Below, in pieces: positions 44,754-55,864 of a stretch of DNA of 64,000 bases (position 1 is the first letter of the stretch; each line of letters begins with the position of its first letter). Below the pieces are notes generated by a model that was not told where the DNA came from, did not search any database, and was given only the letters and a program-made list of their open reading frames with translations. The translations under genes were made by a program, and so were the position numbers. The stretch spans positions 5,620,862 through 5,684,861 of the forward strand of contig SMSO01000025.1 in assembly GCA_004764695.1 (NCBI GenBank). The letters are read 5' to 3'. Source of the DNA: Schizochytrium sp. TIO01. Lineage: Eukaryota; Protista; Bigyra: Labyrinthulomycetes.

Positions 44754-46179
44754 TGTTGGCGACGTAAAGAGGAGTTGGAATTGCCTTATCATCGAGGGTA
44801 TCTTTAGTTGAAAGACGAAGATTGATCAGCGTTGCTAATCTAGCTGACTACTAGCGTTTATTACTATACTTTAAAACTGTAGAACTGTCTTTATCCGACT
44901 AGCGCAGCTTCGCATCTTAGTACTTGCGTTTATCACATCTGCTTTGTACACGTGCGCATGATTGCTCTCAAGTCTTGTCAGAGATTAGCAAGGGTTGCCC
45001 CCAAAGTTCCGAGTGTTTCTTCTTACTTGGTTGCGCAAGTAATGGACAAATGCGATGCAGTTCTGTATGTGTAAGGAAGAATTCGAGTAGCCATTTCCAT
45101 ATCCATATTGTGTTTGTCTTTTTGTATAAATGGGCTCTCTTTACAACACACAGGTATTGCGAACGGATTTTTTTCTGCAAAAATCAGTATTTGTTCTGCG
45201 ATTGTTGAAGGTCTTCCCCGAATTTTAATCAGTCTCACTCTCGTAGCTGTTTAGCCCACATTGGAATGATGAGCCTGGCGTTATGATAGTTCTGCGACTG
45301 TGTTATCAACGCTCCATGACGAATAAATCTATGGAATGAATTCTAAGAAAGTTGAATTGCTCTTGTTTAAGATGACGCGGTGTACACCCCCGTCATGGCA
45401 ATGCCAGATTAACTTCGCAAATTCTGTTCGTCTAGAGTCAAGGCGAGAATTCCGTATCCTGTCGTTGCTCGATGATATCACAGTCGTTGTTACGAAGAAT
45501 GGAGTTTACAAGCCATGGTTAGATAATATGGCACATGCACTTACCTCTCTTGCGTTACAATGCGTGACATAGCAGAAGGTAGGTAGCTGCTAACTTACTT
45601 AAAATCAAACATGCAGAATCAAGACCCTAAGAAACCGCGGCGGTGGTGGAGAGCGAGGACACTGACGTGGAGAACCGAGCGAGGGATGCCCTTGTTGTTG
45701 AATGAATCATCATTCATCCACCACTAAGTTTCATCTCTTTCGCACTGTAGTCTTTAAGCTAAATAGTCCTTATCCCCATCCCTCTTTTTAGGCACTTTTC
45801 CGAATAAAAAGTAAAAAGAAAGATCATAGGATTGATAATCAAAGCTTCTATTATATTCTTAATTAAAAATAAATTAATAAATTAGTAAAAATTAAATTAA
45901 AACTGTCTTTTCAGTTGTCCAAAGGACAACGAATTCCTGTCCCGATTCAATTTGGAGAAACAAACTTGAACCTTGAAGAAGCAAGGCTGATTTCGCTGCT
46001 GCTGCTGCTGCATTGGATGCTGCATTGGATGCTGAATACTGTGCAGATAACCCTCCTTGGGCCGCGAAGCACTTGCAAACGAAGCCAAACAGCAGTCGCG
46101 AGTTCCATGATCCTCACAGGGCCTGAGGGTGCAATTCACCGTGACTGCAGAAACCCGCGTTAGGTGCAGCTATTAAGGG

Positions 46180-46264
46180 ATACATACATACATACATACA
46201 TACATACATACATACATACATACATACATACATACATACATACATACATACATACATACATACA
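46180..46264. repeat. (ATAC)n microsatellite, about 21 units
   Basis: Direct reading. Confidence 0.96.
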
Positions 46265-46373
46265 AATTGATGCTGTTAGCCTTCACAAGTGACAAGATTG
46301 CTTCATTCACTGAGGTTCGCTCCCTTCGCTTCGCGGCCCACTTGGTTTACTCGCCCGAGTTCTTGTCTGCAGC

Positions 46374-46404
<31 letters not shown>

Positions 46405-46641
46405 TGCCCATTATCTATGCGCTGGTTTGTTTGTCCATGACAAGAAACACCTCTGTGAGCATTGCAAATGACCGACTCAGTACTTCTACTTTCGCCTCTC
46501 TGTCTGAAAATAAGTTTTCATCCTTTGTTTGTTTGTTTGTTTGTTTGTTTGTTTATTTGTTTGTGTTGTATAGTATTCGAGTGAAGGACCAATGAGTGAG
46601 TGAGTGAGTGAGTGAGTGAGTGACTGACTGACTGACTGACT
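46374..46641. repeat. Cluster of (AGAT)n, (GTTT)n, (GTGA)n and (CTGA)n microsatellites
   Basis: Direct reading. Confidence 0.9.
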
Positions 46642-48416
46642 CACGAGTGGTGACTGAGTGGCAGCGCACCGCTCGCTTCATTGAAGCTGGCAGCCGAAGA
46701 GACCCGGCTCGCAGCGAGGGAGGGAGCAGTTGGAAGCCAACGGACGGCGTTCCCGCGAAGAGCACTGCAGATTCGACCGGCCCTGCTGCTGGCTACATTT
46801 GTGTACATGATGTGAATTGCCTGAATGATGGAGGGATAAGTCTGTTTTATACGCTGCTGTTGTTTCTTTTACTTTGATCTATCTGCAAGTGCGGTGTTTT
46901 ATATTTATGTTTATATTTATTTTTAATTTAATTTTTGTTTAGTTTAGTTTAGTTTGTTTTGTTTTGTTTTGTTTAGTTTTGTTTTGTTTAGTTTTGCAGC
47001 TGAGGAGAACAGAAGCTTGGTCGATCATGAGAGCTGTATGTAGCGAAGCAAAGGCAGCAGAGGGCTGTGAAAAGACCTCGCAGAGCTCCACGCGAAGGTC
47101 AGCCAGAGAGGAACCGGCATGAACCGCCCGTATCCAGTTCGACTGCTTACCAGATATGTAGGTATGTATATACATGTATATACATGTATGTATGTACCTA
47201 CGGGAGTTCCTGTCTGCGCGTGAAGAGTTAAAATACACGTATTAAAATAGCGCCTCCGATTTAAAGACGGGGTACCGCACGCGCGTGCACGTCTTCACGG
47301 CAGGGCTTCTTAGCCTAGTTTGGGCTAGCTTCTAAATTACTTTCCAAGGCATTGCAGGGAAGCTTGCAGAAAGAAGTACACGACGGTTCAAGAGGCGTGG
47401 GCGTACTAAGGGCCCCACGGTGGTGCTGCCGGTGGTGCTGGTGAACAGAGCAGGAGAGTGGCAATGCGCAGCGCAGGGATTATATGATGATCAATCTGAA
47501 CATGCGTGTGTACGTGTGCGAAAATGACAAAAAGAAAATAGTGAAAGAAAGGAGAACGTAAAGTAAAAGGATCGTTTTATTTTTATTTTTATTTTTTATT
47601 TTTCTCTTTCTTTTTAATGCTCCAGGTTTTTTATTACTATAGTATGTTCAAGGTTAAAGTTTTTTGTTTGTGGAAATTATTATTATTATCGTTGTTATTA
47701 TTGTTAGTTATTTTTTAAAGTCGAATTGTTAGAAATAATTTGAACATAATCGATCAACCTCTTCTTCTTCGCTCCAGGCGCGCGCAGCAAGCACGCACGC
47801 AGTCAACTAAACCCTCGCCATCGCACTCGGTTCCACTGGTTTGGGGCGCTAGATAGGAAGGTTCATATTACGTAGGCCACCCTGCCTCGTGCAAGGTTGC
47901 TGGGTCTCGTGCTTGAGAGGTAGAGATCGCGTTGATTGATCAGAAGAGGTCCGTGTGTTTGCGCTTTTTGGGTTGCCTTTTTATTCTATTTTTTCTTACC
48001 TTACCACGTGCAGACTAGGAACGCCTTTGTGGAATTCTGCGAGTCCGCCGCAGCACGCCGCCACGCCGCCAGCGCGAGTCCGGGGCCGGCTGCTAGCGTG
48101 TTTCACAGAGCAGGAGTCACTCACTCTGCTACGGCTGCTGTTGCTGCGGGTGCGAGGAGGCATCCGAAATCCCAGATTGTCCTCACTTGACTCGACGGGA
48201 TCGGCGTCGAGGCGCAGCACGTGCAGGTGCAAAGCAGTCGCGTTTTAGATCTGGCGCGTGAAAACCCCTGCGTCTCCTGGCCGTATAGAGACTGCGCAGA
48301 CGAGAGGAACGTCTTCCCGCAAAATTCGCATCCCAAGATCTGGTCTTGGTCTCGTCCAAGTGGTTGCGAACTAAGGGCTTCTTTGGGATAGAAGACTTGA
48401 GCCCAAAACTAGAAAT

Positions 48417-50342
48417 ATGGCTGAAGAAGAAGTTCAACAGGATACAACCAGCGAGGTTGCCGAGGAAAAACGTGCCTCTAGAAAGTCTCTGCGACAAAGC
48501 CTGAGGTCAGTGGCCTCAAGCATCTCGGGAGGCGCCCGTCGAAGCAGCCGCGCTTCTACTAAATCTAGCACTAGCGAGGCACAGGCACCAGCGGAGGTAG
48601 CCGCAGAAGACCCTCCTGCAGATGACCCTCCTGCAGATGACGATGAATCTGCAGAAAAGCCTGCACCACTCGAGCGTGCTCCAAGCAGTGGTGGAGTGAT
48701 GGGTTTCGTAGGGGATGTAATTTCGAGGGTTATTGGAACTAGCCAAAGAACCTTTGAGCACGGTGACAACACGATCATTAAGCTCAACATCGGCGGGACT
48801 CTATTCACAACCACGCTCGGAACAATTCGTTCGGGTTCATCCAGTGTGCTTAAAGAGCTCGTCCTGTGGGAGCCACATGGCAACAATGGTGATGACCAGG
48901 ATACCGATGATGAGACTGACGATCCACGTACATTTGACGATGAAGGCAACATCTTCATTGACCACGACCCAAAGCATTTTAACGTTCTGCTTAACTTCAT
49001 GCGTGCTACCAGTCCTGCCTCACTGCCTGCCGTTGGATCCCGGGAATGGCATGAGATCCGTGGCGATGCTGAGTTCTTTGATATGCCTGACCTGCTCAGC
49101 GCAATGGATGAGCTTGAGGAAGCTGACGCACAGGCAACGAGTGAGCTACGCAACCGCGACCATGCGACTACAGAAAAGCTCATTGCCATGCAAGGCCGTG
49201 AGCTTGAACGTATGCGGGTCGAGTTGCACAGACTTCAATTCGAAAAGGAGCGCGCAGAGGCAGAGGGGCGCCCGATGTTCGCCAAAATGGAGTACGCCTA
49301 CAACTTGATGGTAGCTGGAGTTACTGGAAGTGGTAAGTCCGCTTCGCTTAACTTTATCCTCAACCAGCAAGTATGCGAAGTTTCTGGTTCCCAGGCGCAA
49401 GGAACTCGTGGTTGCCATCTGCGAGACGCCGTGCTTGATGACAAGCACTTTGTTTCTTACCTTGACACACAAGGTCTCGGTGCTGATACGAGCATTACTG
49501 ATGAAGAACTGCTGGAGCAGATTATGCTCAGTGCAGAGTCTATTCGACAGATGGGTATCATCAACAATATCCTCATTAGCAACGATCTCACCTCGCGCTC
49601 CACACCAGCAGCAACTGCTAACTTGTTGACTCTTTGCGAGCTCTTCACCACCCTGCGTCGTAGTTGCTTTGTGGTCTTCACAAAGTGGAATACGAACGCT
49701 GTCCTTTCCGAATGGAACTTGCCTCTTAAGAAGTGGGTAAAGAAGTACCGCCGCGCTCGTTCCCTTGATCGCATCACTACTGACCCTCCATCCTATGAGG
49801 AGCTTTACCGCGCATACTGCACCTATCTGCTCCGGTCTCTCAACAACCGTCAGGATGGAGGAGCCTTTGCAAAGGTAGCTATGTTCCTCAGCTTCTTTGA
49901 ATCCCGTGTCATATGGGCCTTCAACCTCGATGCCGTGCAGATTGAGGATATGGAGGACGGTGAGCTCGAGCCGTACGTTCAGTACCTCTACGACTTCTAC
50001 CGCCGCAAGGCACTCACTGCGCTCCGTCGTGGTTCCACGATTATCAAGACCGAGGATCTTCCTTTCCTCAAGGATGAGTCAGATACCATGCGTGACGTTG
50101 CGGGTCGTCTTATTGAGCATCGTGACGACAAGATCGCTCATTTAGAGGAGATTGGCATGGACATGAATAAGGCAAAGGTTTTGCGCGCTAGCTTTGCAAA
50201 TATGTATGACATTGCTGCGGAAAATATGGAGCGTCGCGTCTACGATGTCTTTAATGTAGGTACCACGGAGATCGTCGAGCTTATGGATGAAGAAATCCCG
50301 AACGATGGCGATGCGTCTGCTGAAGTATGTGTCATCCAGTAA
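48417..50342 (+). CDS. KCTD-type BTB/POZ + coiled coil + AIG1/septin-like P-loop GTPase with C-terminal CaaX box
   Basis: BTB: IKLNIGGTLFTTT..IFIDHDPKHFNVLLNFMR..DAEFFDM. GTPase: G1 GVTGSGKS, G2 QGT, G3 LDTQG, G4-like TKWN. The protein ends CVIQ-stop. Confidence 0.8.
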   Translation: MAEEEVQQDTTSEVAEEKRASRKSLRQSLRSVASSISGGARRSSRASTKSSTSEAQAPAEVAAEDPPADDPPADDDESAEKPAPLERAPSSGGVMGFVGDVISRVIGTSQRTFEHGDNTIIKLNIGGTLFTTTLGTIRSGSSSVLKELVLWEPHGNNGDDQDTDDETDDPRTFDDEGNIFIDHDPKHFNVLLNFMRATSPASLPAVGSREWHEIRGDAEFFDMPDLLSAMDELEEADAQATSELRNRDHATTEKLIAMQGRELERMRVELHRLQFEKERAEAEGRPMFAKMEYAYNLMVAGVTGSGKSASLNFILNQQVCEVSGSQAQGTRGCHLRDAVLDDKHFVSYLDTQGLGADTSITDEELLEQIMLSAESIRQMGIINNILISNDLTSRSTPAATANLLTLCELFTTLRRSCFVVFTKWNTNAVLSEWNLPLKKWVKKYRRARSLDRITTDPPSYEELYRAYCTYLLRSLNNRQDGGAFAKVAMFLSFFESRVIWAFNLDAVQIEDMEDGELEPYVQYLYDFYRRKALTALRRGSTIIKTEDLPFLKDESDTMRDVAGRLIEHRDDKIAHLEEIGMDMNKAKVLRASFANMYDIAAENMERRVYDVFNVGTTEIVELMDEEIPNDGDASAEVCVIQ

Positions 50343-51257
50343 TTGCATAGCAATTTGCCTTTTCAGCAACACTCTTTCAGCAAAGAAGAGAATCCTTCAA
50401 AAAAGTTTCCTGTGTTTGTCTACCAGTGGCTGACGTTATACGGGCTGACGTTAAGGATGGAATAACTGTGCTCTTGTTTCTGTTTAGAGTAAGCTGCCAT
50501 CTCGACCAAAACTTCCTCTATCATCTTTTCTGCTTTTCGTTGCAGGCGTACCTGCTCCAGAGCTCTGCCTAGATCCCCTTTGGCCTGACTTTTCCTTTCA
50601 ACCTGCTTTTCTGTTAACTGATCATTGTTCATTTGTCATTTTTGTTTTCCATTTCCCTACCTCTTTTTGTTCGTTTCTTCGTTTGTTCGAAAAACCTGCC
50701 CTGCCATTTGATTGACTCTATCTGGTAATCTTCTGTTGTTGATGTCGTTCTTACGCGTATGCACAGGATGATGCACTATGACGATACTTAATTTGCTCTC
50801 CATCTTTTGTGGAGAGCATCTAATCTAAGTTATAGGGTTTAATAATTTGTATCGCGAAGTTAGCTCCTCGCTGGGGCACTTCTTAAAGTCATGATTTGCC
50901 GAGCGGTTTCTTTCTCCACAAATAGCATTCCACAATTCGCAAAAAGAAAAGAAGAAAGGACTATATAATAGAAAATATAAATACACCAAAAGGAATAATT
51001 TCTTAATCTCTTCTTGTGCCCAAATTTCATACATTGCCGTCCTCAAGCCTCCACTCAAAACCCAAAGAGTTGACCATCTAAGAAAGCTTTTACCAGCAGA
51101 ACTAACGCAGCATACAGCGTTCCCATTTATCCAAGATAAGAGTAGTAACTATCCTACTATTAGTATTTGATGTGCCAAAGGCGCTCATTGTTCAAGTAAA
51201 CTAAGTGGAACATCAATTCCAACAATTCCAATTCTCGATTCGAAGCCGTCAGCTGAG

Positions 51258-52496
51258 ATGCAGCGCAGCACTGTTGCGGCGGCCTTGCGCGCCCAGGCGA
51301 GGGAGCGGCAGCGTATCGTGGAGGAGAGTGGTCTCGACGATCGTTACTTTGACTCCTCTGCCACGACTGGTGGTAGCTATGATCGAGATGGAGTAGCTCG
51401 AGCTCGTGGCCAAAGTCGTGTGCCAAGCAAGGCGAAAATGAGCCAGAGCAAACGTGCCAAGGCCCGTGCAATTGGCGGCGATGATGATGACGACGATGAC
51501 GATGAAGAAGAAGAAGAAGAAGAAAATTTGCACAATTCGAAAGGAGATGCGCTGGATCCGGATGAATCGACTCGGAACCAAGAAGAATCTTATGCAAATG
51601 AGGAAGATGAATTGCTGAGACTGCAAAAGGAGGACCGCTCCGAGGTGCCTTTGGAGGCGTTCAACTTGGAACAGGAGCGTGCACAAGGAAGATTTGACAA
51701 AAATGGAAATTATGAATGGACGAGGCGAGATCTGGCGAAGGATGATCGAGACGATGAAGGTGACGAGTGGATCGGCGATGTAGTCGACATGACGACGGCA
51801 AGGCAAAAGAGGGCTCGTGATGAAGAGGACGAGAAAGAGTCAAAGAGCCGTCAGTTTCATATTCAAAGGCTTGTAGATTTGCTTAAGCCTGAGGAAAATG
51901 TTCTCAAGGCACTCTCGAGGTATGGCAAACAAGATAAGACCAAGCTCGACCTCGTCACAGACTCCGCAAATACCCTTCTTGACCTGCTTCCGGATGTATA
52001 TCAAATGACTCAGCGAATGTTAGATGCAGAGGTGCGCCGTGATAGAGAGGAAAGGATGGCTCGTATATTTTGGGAATATGACACAGGTGATGGCCAAGTA
52101 TATGGCCCATTTCCGGCAACGACGATGCAAGCGTGGCATGAAGCCGGATACTTTACCGGGGACAATAAAGACGACTTGCGGTTCAGGCGGGCTACTGCAC
52201 CCCAGGAAATCCAAGGTTCACAAGGGCAAAGCTCCTCAGCGACAGACACCAATGCAGATATTGATGATGGAAACGCGGGGAAGCGTCGGAAGGTCATTTT
52301 CGCAAAGTCTGCAAAAGAAGACCTCGATGATGACTTTGACGATTCTGATGATGAAATTGACCAAAGTCAGGCCCAACCTGCACTCAGTGATGCACAAATC
52401 TCAAGCACTAAACCTGATTCAATAGTTGATGCATCAAAGCCATTATCTCCTTGGTGCACTCTTTCAGAAATTAGCTTCACTCAGGTGTTTGACTAA
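51258..52496 (+). CDS. CD2BP2: CD2BP2/LIN1 (U5 snRNP 52K) GYF-domain protein
   Basis: PLEAFNLEQERAQGRFDKNGNY, DEWI, LLKPEENVLKALSR and WEY..VYGPF..MQAWHEAGYF. Confidence 0.88.
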   Translation: MQRSTVAAALRAQARERQRIVEESGLDDRYFDSSATTGGSYDRDGVARARGQSRVPSKAKMSQSKRAKARAIGGDDDDDDDDEEEEEEENLHNSKGDALDPDESTRNQEESYANEEDELLRLQKEDRSEVPLEAFNLEQERAQGRFDKNGNYEWTRRDLAKDDRDDEGDEWIGDVVDMTTARQKRARDEEDEKESKSRQFHIQRLVDLLKPEENVLKALSRYGKQDKTKLDLVTDSANTLLDLLPDVYQMTQRMLDAEVRRDREERMARIFWEYDTGDGQVYGPFPATTMQAWHEAGYFTGDNKDDLRFRRATAPQEIQGSQGQSSSATDTNADIDDGNAGKRRKVIFAKSAKEDLDDDFDDSDDEIDQSQAQPALSDAQISSTKPDSIVDASKPLSPWCTLSEISFTQVFD

Positions 52497-52999
52497 TGTG
52501 CAGTAGTTTAGAAAGTAGACAGGCATCACAGCAAGTGCTTGATAAGTTTAGGTTTGAAGGGCTGAAGAGGATCTCAGCATGTGTGATTCTATTATTATTT
52601 GTCAAAGTTATCTTCTGTCCCTCTTTTAACGCATCCTTTTTCACCCTTGAAAAAAATATCATCTTTTTGTCATGAAAACGGTACTTGTATTCATGATAGT
52701 GATACATGAAATTTCTCGAATTGCACGTATGGGTCCTCAAAGTTTGGGACAGTACAACACTATTCATTTTTATTCAGTTGCTTAATGTACAGCAAACTTT
52801 ACCACCACATAATAACCAATATAGATTATTCATAACACCACGACCGAACATTCACAAATAGTAAGAAGCAAAACAACAACAAAAAAAGCAAAACAAGTTT
52901 CAAGATTCATCACGATTGGGTGCACCCACTCAAATGGAAGCATAATTAATAGTAGAATAAAATTCTACGTACGTGGTAACATGGGCACGAATAAGGCTT

Positions 53000-54076
53000 T
53001 TAGGATCGGTCCCACGGTAACTTTCGACCTACGACATGTGGTTCCTCCCGTGAGCGAATTGCTCCCTTTGAGTTGAGCAATTTACTTTTCACGCTTTTAT
53101 CCCAGCCTGGAGCGCTTGGATGGCGATGTTGCGATGAAACTGCCGACTTTTCTTCTCTCATGACAAAGGTTCTGGAAGGTGGACTTGGAGGTGATTGCGA
53201 GAGCGATGGAGACGGCAGTGGAGCTCTTACTTTCATTGCTGTGCGTTTCTGATCACGGAGTGTATGCTGAGCACGCTGATATGCACGGCGCATCTCACGA
53301 GTACTGTTTTTCATAAAGCCCTTGTAGGTTGCAAGCTGACGACTCCAACGTCCAAACGCCTGGGACAGGAGCCTTTGCTTACATAGTCGAAAATGTGCCC
53401 AGATTGTTCGACATGCCATCTGTGTAGCTCGCGAAGAAGAACGCCACTCCTGAAAGCAACCTCTGAGTAAGTGCCCTCGTGCCTGGGGTGTCATCATGGC
53501 CAGGGCAAGCTGTCGCATATTCGGGTTTTTGACCTGGCGACTTGCACGGCTGCCAATGCTGCCTTGGCTTTTAGAAAGGTTGCTTCGAGAAACTAGCGCA
53601 CGGGCATCAATAACCTCATGCATAATTCTGTACACGTCAATATAGCCAGCGTTGCTCACTTCTGGGTCGATCGTTGCCTCTTCGCTAAGCACTGTGCACA
53701 GAGCGTTCACCCGCATTTTGGACACTTCCAGAGCCGAAATGTCAGTGTAGAGCCTGAACTTATGATGCACGAGGAGTGCTCTGGTCTTCTCAAACTCCAC
53801 AGGCCGTTCATTCGCGAGGCGTGTAAGCCTATCTAAAAGGCAGCGGAGTTCTGCTTCACAGCACACGACGCGATCCTCAAGAGCTGTTTCAGACGCAGGG
53901 ACAATAGTTGAAGTGGTGTTGGCATTTTTCAAGTTCGTTTCTGCTTCACCAAGAGCTTCGATTGCATCCACAATGTGTCTTACAAAGGTCTCTAATGCTG
54001 TAGGCTGCCGAAGTCCGTTTAGAGGCCTACCATGAAACTTCATGGGTACCGTTTCGCGTCCCCTGCTCAGCATCAT
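53000..54076 (-). CDS. Hypothetical protein (helical; F..W motifs, Pro/Ser-rich tail)
   Basis: 358-aa ORF from ATG with coding-like composition. No family recognised; upstream exons are possible. Confidence 0.55.
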   Translation of the reverse strand: MMLSRGRETVPMKFHGRPLNGLRQPTALETFVRHIVDAIEALGEAETNLKNANTTSTIVPASETALEDRVVCCEAELRCLLDRLTRLANERPVEFEKTRALLVHHKFRLYTDISALEVSKMRVNALCTVLSEEATIDPEVSNAGYIDVYRIMHEVIDARALVSRSNLSKSQGSIGSRASRQVKNPNMRQLALAMMTPQARGHLLRGCFQEWRSSSRATQMACRTIWAHFRLCKQRLLSQAFGRWSRQLATYKGFMKNSTREMRRAYQRAQHTLRDQKRTAMKVRAPLPSPSLSQSPPSPPSRTFVMREEKSAVSSQHRHPSAPGWDKSVKSKLLNSKGAIRSREEPHVVGRKLPWDRS

Positions 54077-55371
54077 TCACTCACGCCAGCAGCTGATTTA
54101 TGTAGGCTACTTCCCAGTTGTTTTTACAATCGCCTAAACAGTTCTCTGGCCCAAACCCAGCCCGATTCAAGCATTCGCGAGTGCAAGCATTCATTCACAA
54201 TTTGCATGCAAGTCCGTCATTCATCCTCTATATTACACAACAACGTATAAGTAGCCCTAAGAAGTACTTATCAATATGGTTCTTCATGTTCACATAGTAG
54301 AACCCTCAACAATTTCATTTGACCAAAAATATGGCCTCCCCTCACCATGATATCATACACAACAACAACGAGAGTCATTACTCACAACTCACGATGATCC
54401 ATCTACCAGCGATTCTAAATTAACACGCGCAGGAGGCTTGGCGGAGTCTTTTCAGTTCCAGCACTCTGGTGCAACAGCCTCCCCCATTCAAGATACGTGC
54501 CAAGGGAGTTACTCTAGGTGTTACCAAATGTTATGGCAACTCCAAGGCTATATATATCTAGCCTCAAAAAAAGGCCGTTTCGCGCCTGGGTCACAAGTGA
54601 CACCGCGGTGATCTGGCTGTTCCGTTCTTTCGTTCTTTTCTGCGAGGGAGGGAACGCGCCTGGCACGCCCAGATTTAGGGGCATGTAAGCACCTTATAAT
54701 GAGGTATTTAGTGAGATGGTGTAGAGGTTTAATTAAGGTGGGTTTGCCTGCGGCTGCCAAGGAGGATCGACCATGCATTCATTGCGGCAACAACAATCGA
54801 TCATTACGGCCGAGGTACGCTCACGCGGAAGGGGGATCTAGCGGCGGCGGCTGGGCCCGCTTCGCACGCTATCGCGCCTTTATGAGAATCGGCTGGACCA
54901 CACGGTCCGAGTTGATCGGAGGCTGCGCGATGGCGGTGATGGCGGTGATGGCGAGGCGCTCGCGGTGCTGACTGTGCTCTGCTTATCGCTATGTGTCCAT
55001 AATATGTGTATATGTCTGTATGAATGAATGCTCATGCACCTTCACCTCTTTCGTGGATACGTTTGGATATGTAGTCATGGTGGGCTTCGCGGTACGCTTG
55101 TGAAAGCGAGGGAACGGAGGAGATGGACAAGGACTAACTTCTTATTGGTTGATTTTGTGTTATGTTTGCTTTTGGCTACTGTGAATTGGTACCTTTGTGT
55201 GCGGTGGTTTCTTTGGTGGAATCTCATGGCTTTACTCTGTGGCGTGGCGCTCATTGATGCTACTAATTTACTCTACCATGCTATGCTATCCTGCATCACT
55301 TGTGCTGCGTGAATCTGACTTTGTGGATATAGATCTTTGGAGAGACTAGAACTCTTTTTTAACTTAGCAAT

Positions 55372-55851
55372 ATGTCTGGCACCTCTGCTTGGCGCGTCGC
55401 CGGCCTCTCCTACGTTAAGTACGTGGAGATCTCCTCCAAGGCTCTTCGCCAGTGCGTGAAGGAGGAGGCCAAGAAGAAGTTCAAGACCCACGACCTCCAG
55501 ATGAAGGAGCGTACCTTCACCAACGGTGTCCCCAGCGAGAAGGGTAAGTAGTTTTGTTCGATTATGTACGGTTTCTCCCGTCGTTGAAGGTCAGGCGGGT
55601 TGTATAAACTTTAAACTAGTGGTTCTCCCTTGGGTCATAAACTTAAGATGCTCAAAGAGCTCTGGAAAATTGGAAGGAATGGAAAACTAACTTTATCATG
55701 CTTTTAAAAATCGATTTGTGCTTCAATTTTTCTTCCCGTGTTGCTCGGCGGATGGATGAATGAATGCCACTGTCTTTGAAATACTGTATACTATTATTAC
55801 TACCTAGTCGAGATTGCCGACTCTTTCGCCGCGTCTATCTTCAAGAAGTAA
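55372..55851 (+). CDS. ATP5F1E: Mitochondrial F1 ATP synthase subunit epsilon, 2 exons (55372-55543, 55808-55851), 71 aa
   Basis: Translates MSGTSAWRVAGLSYVKYVEISSKALRQCVKEE..., matching the epsilon signature WRxAGLxYxxY..LR..LK. GTAAGT donor at 55544, TAG acceptor ending 55807, in-frame exon 2 VEIADSFAASIFKK-stop. Not in the ORF track. Confidence 0.9.
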
Positions 55852-55864
55852 CGCTAAAATATCA

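Noticed and set aside
48434-49189. Long antisense ORFs opposite real genes (also 56493-57092 and 60084-60626)
   Set aside because: Shadow ORFs of the codon-biased sense genes.
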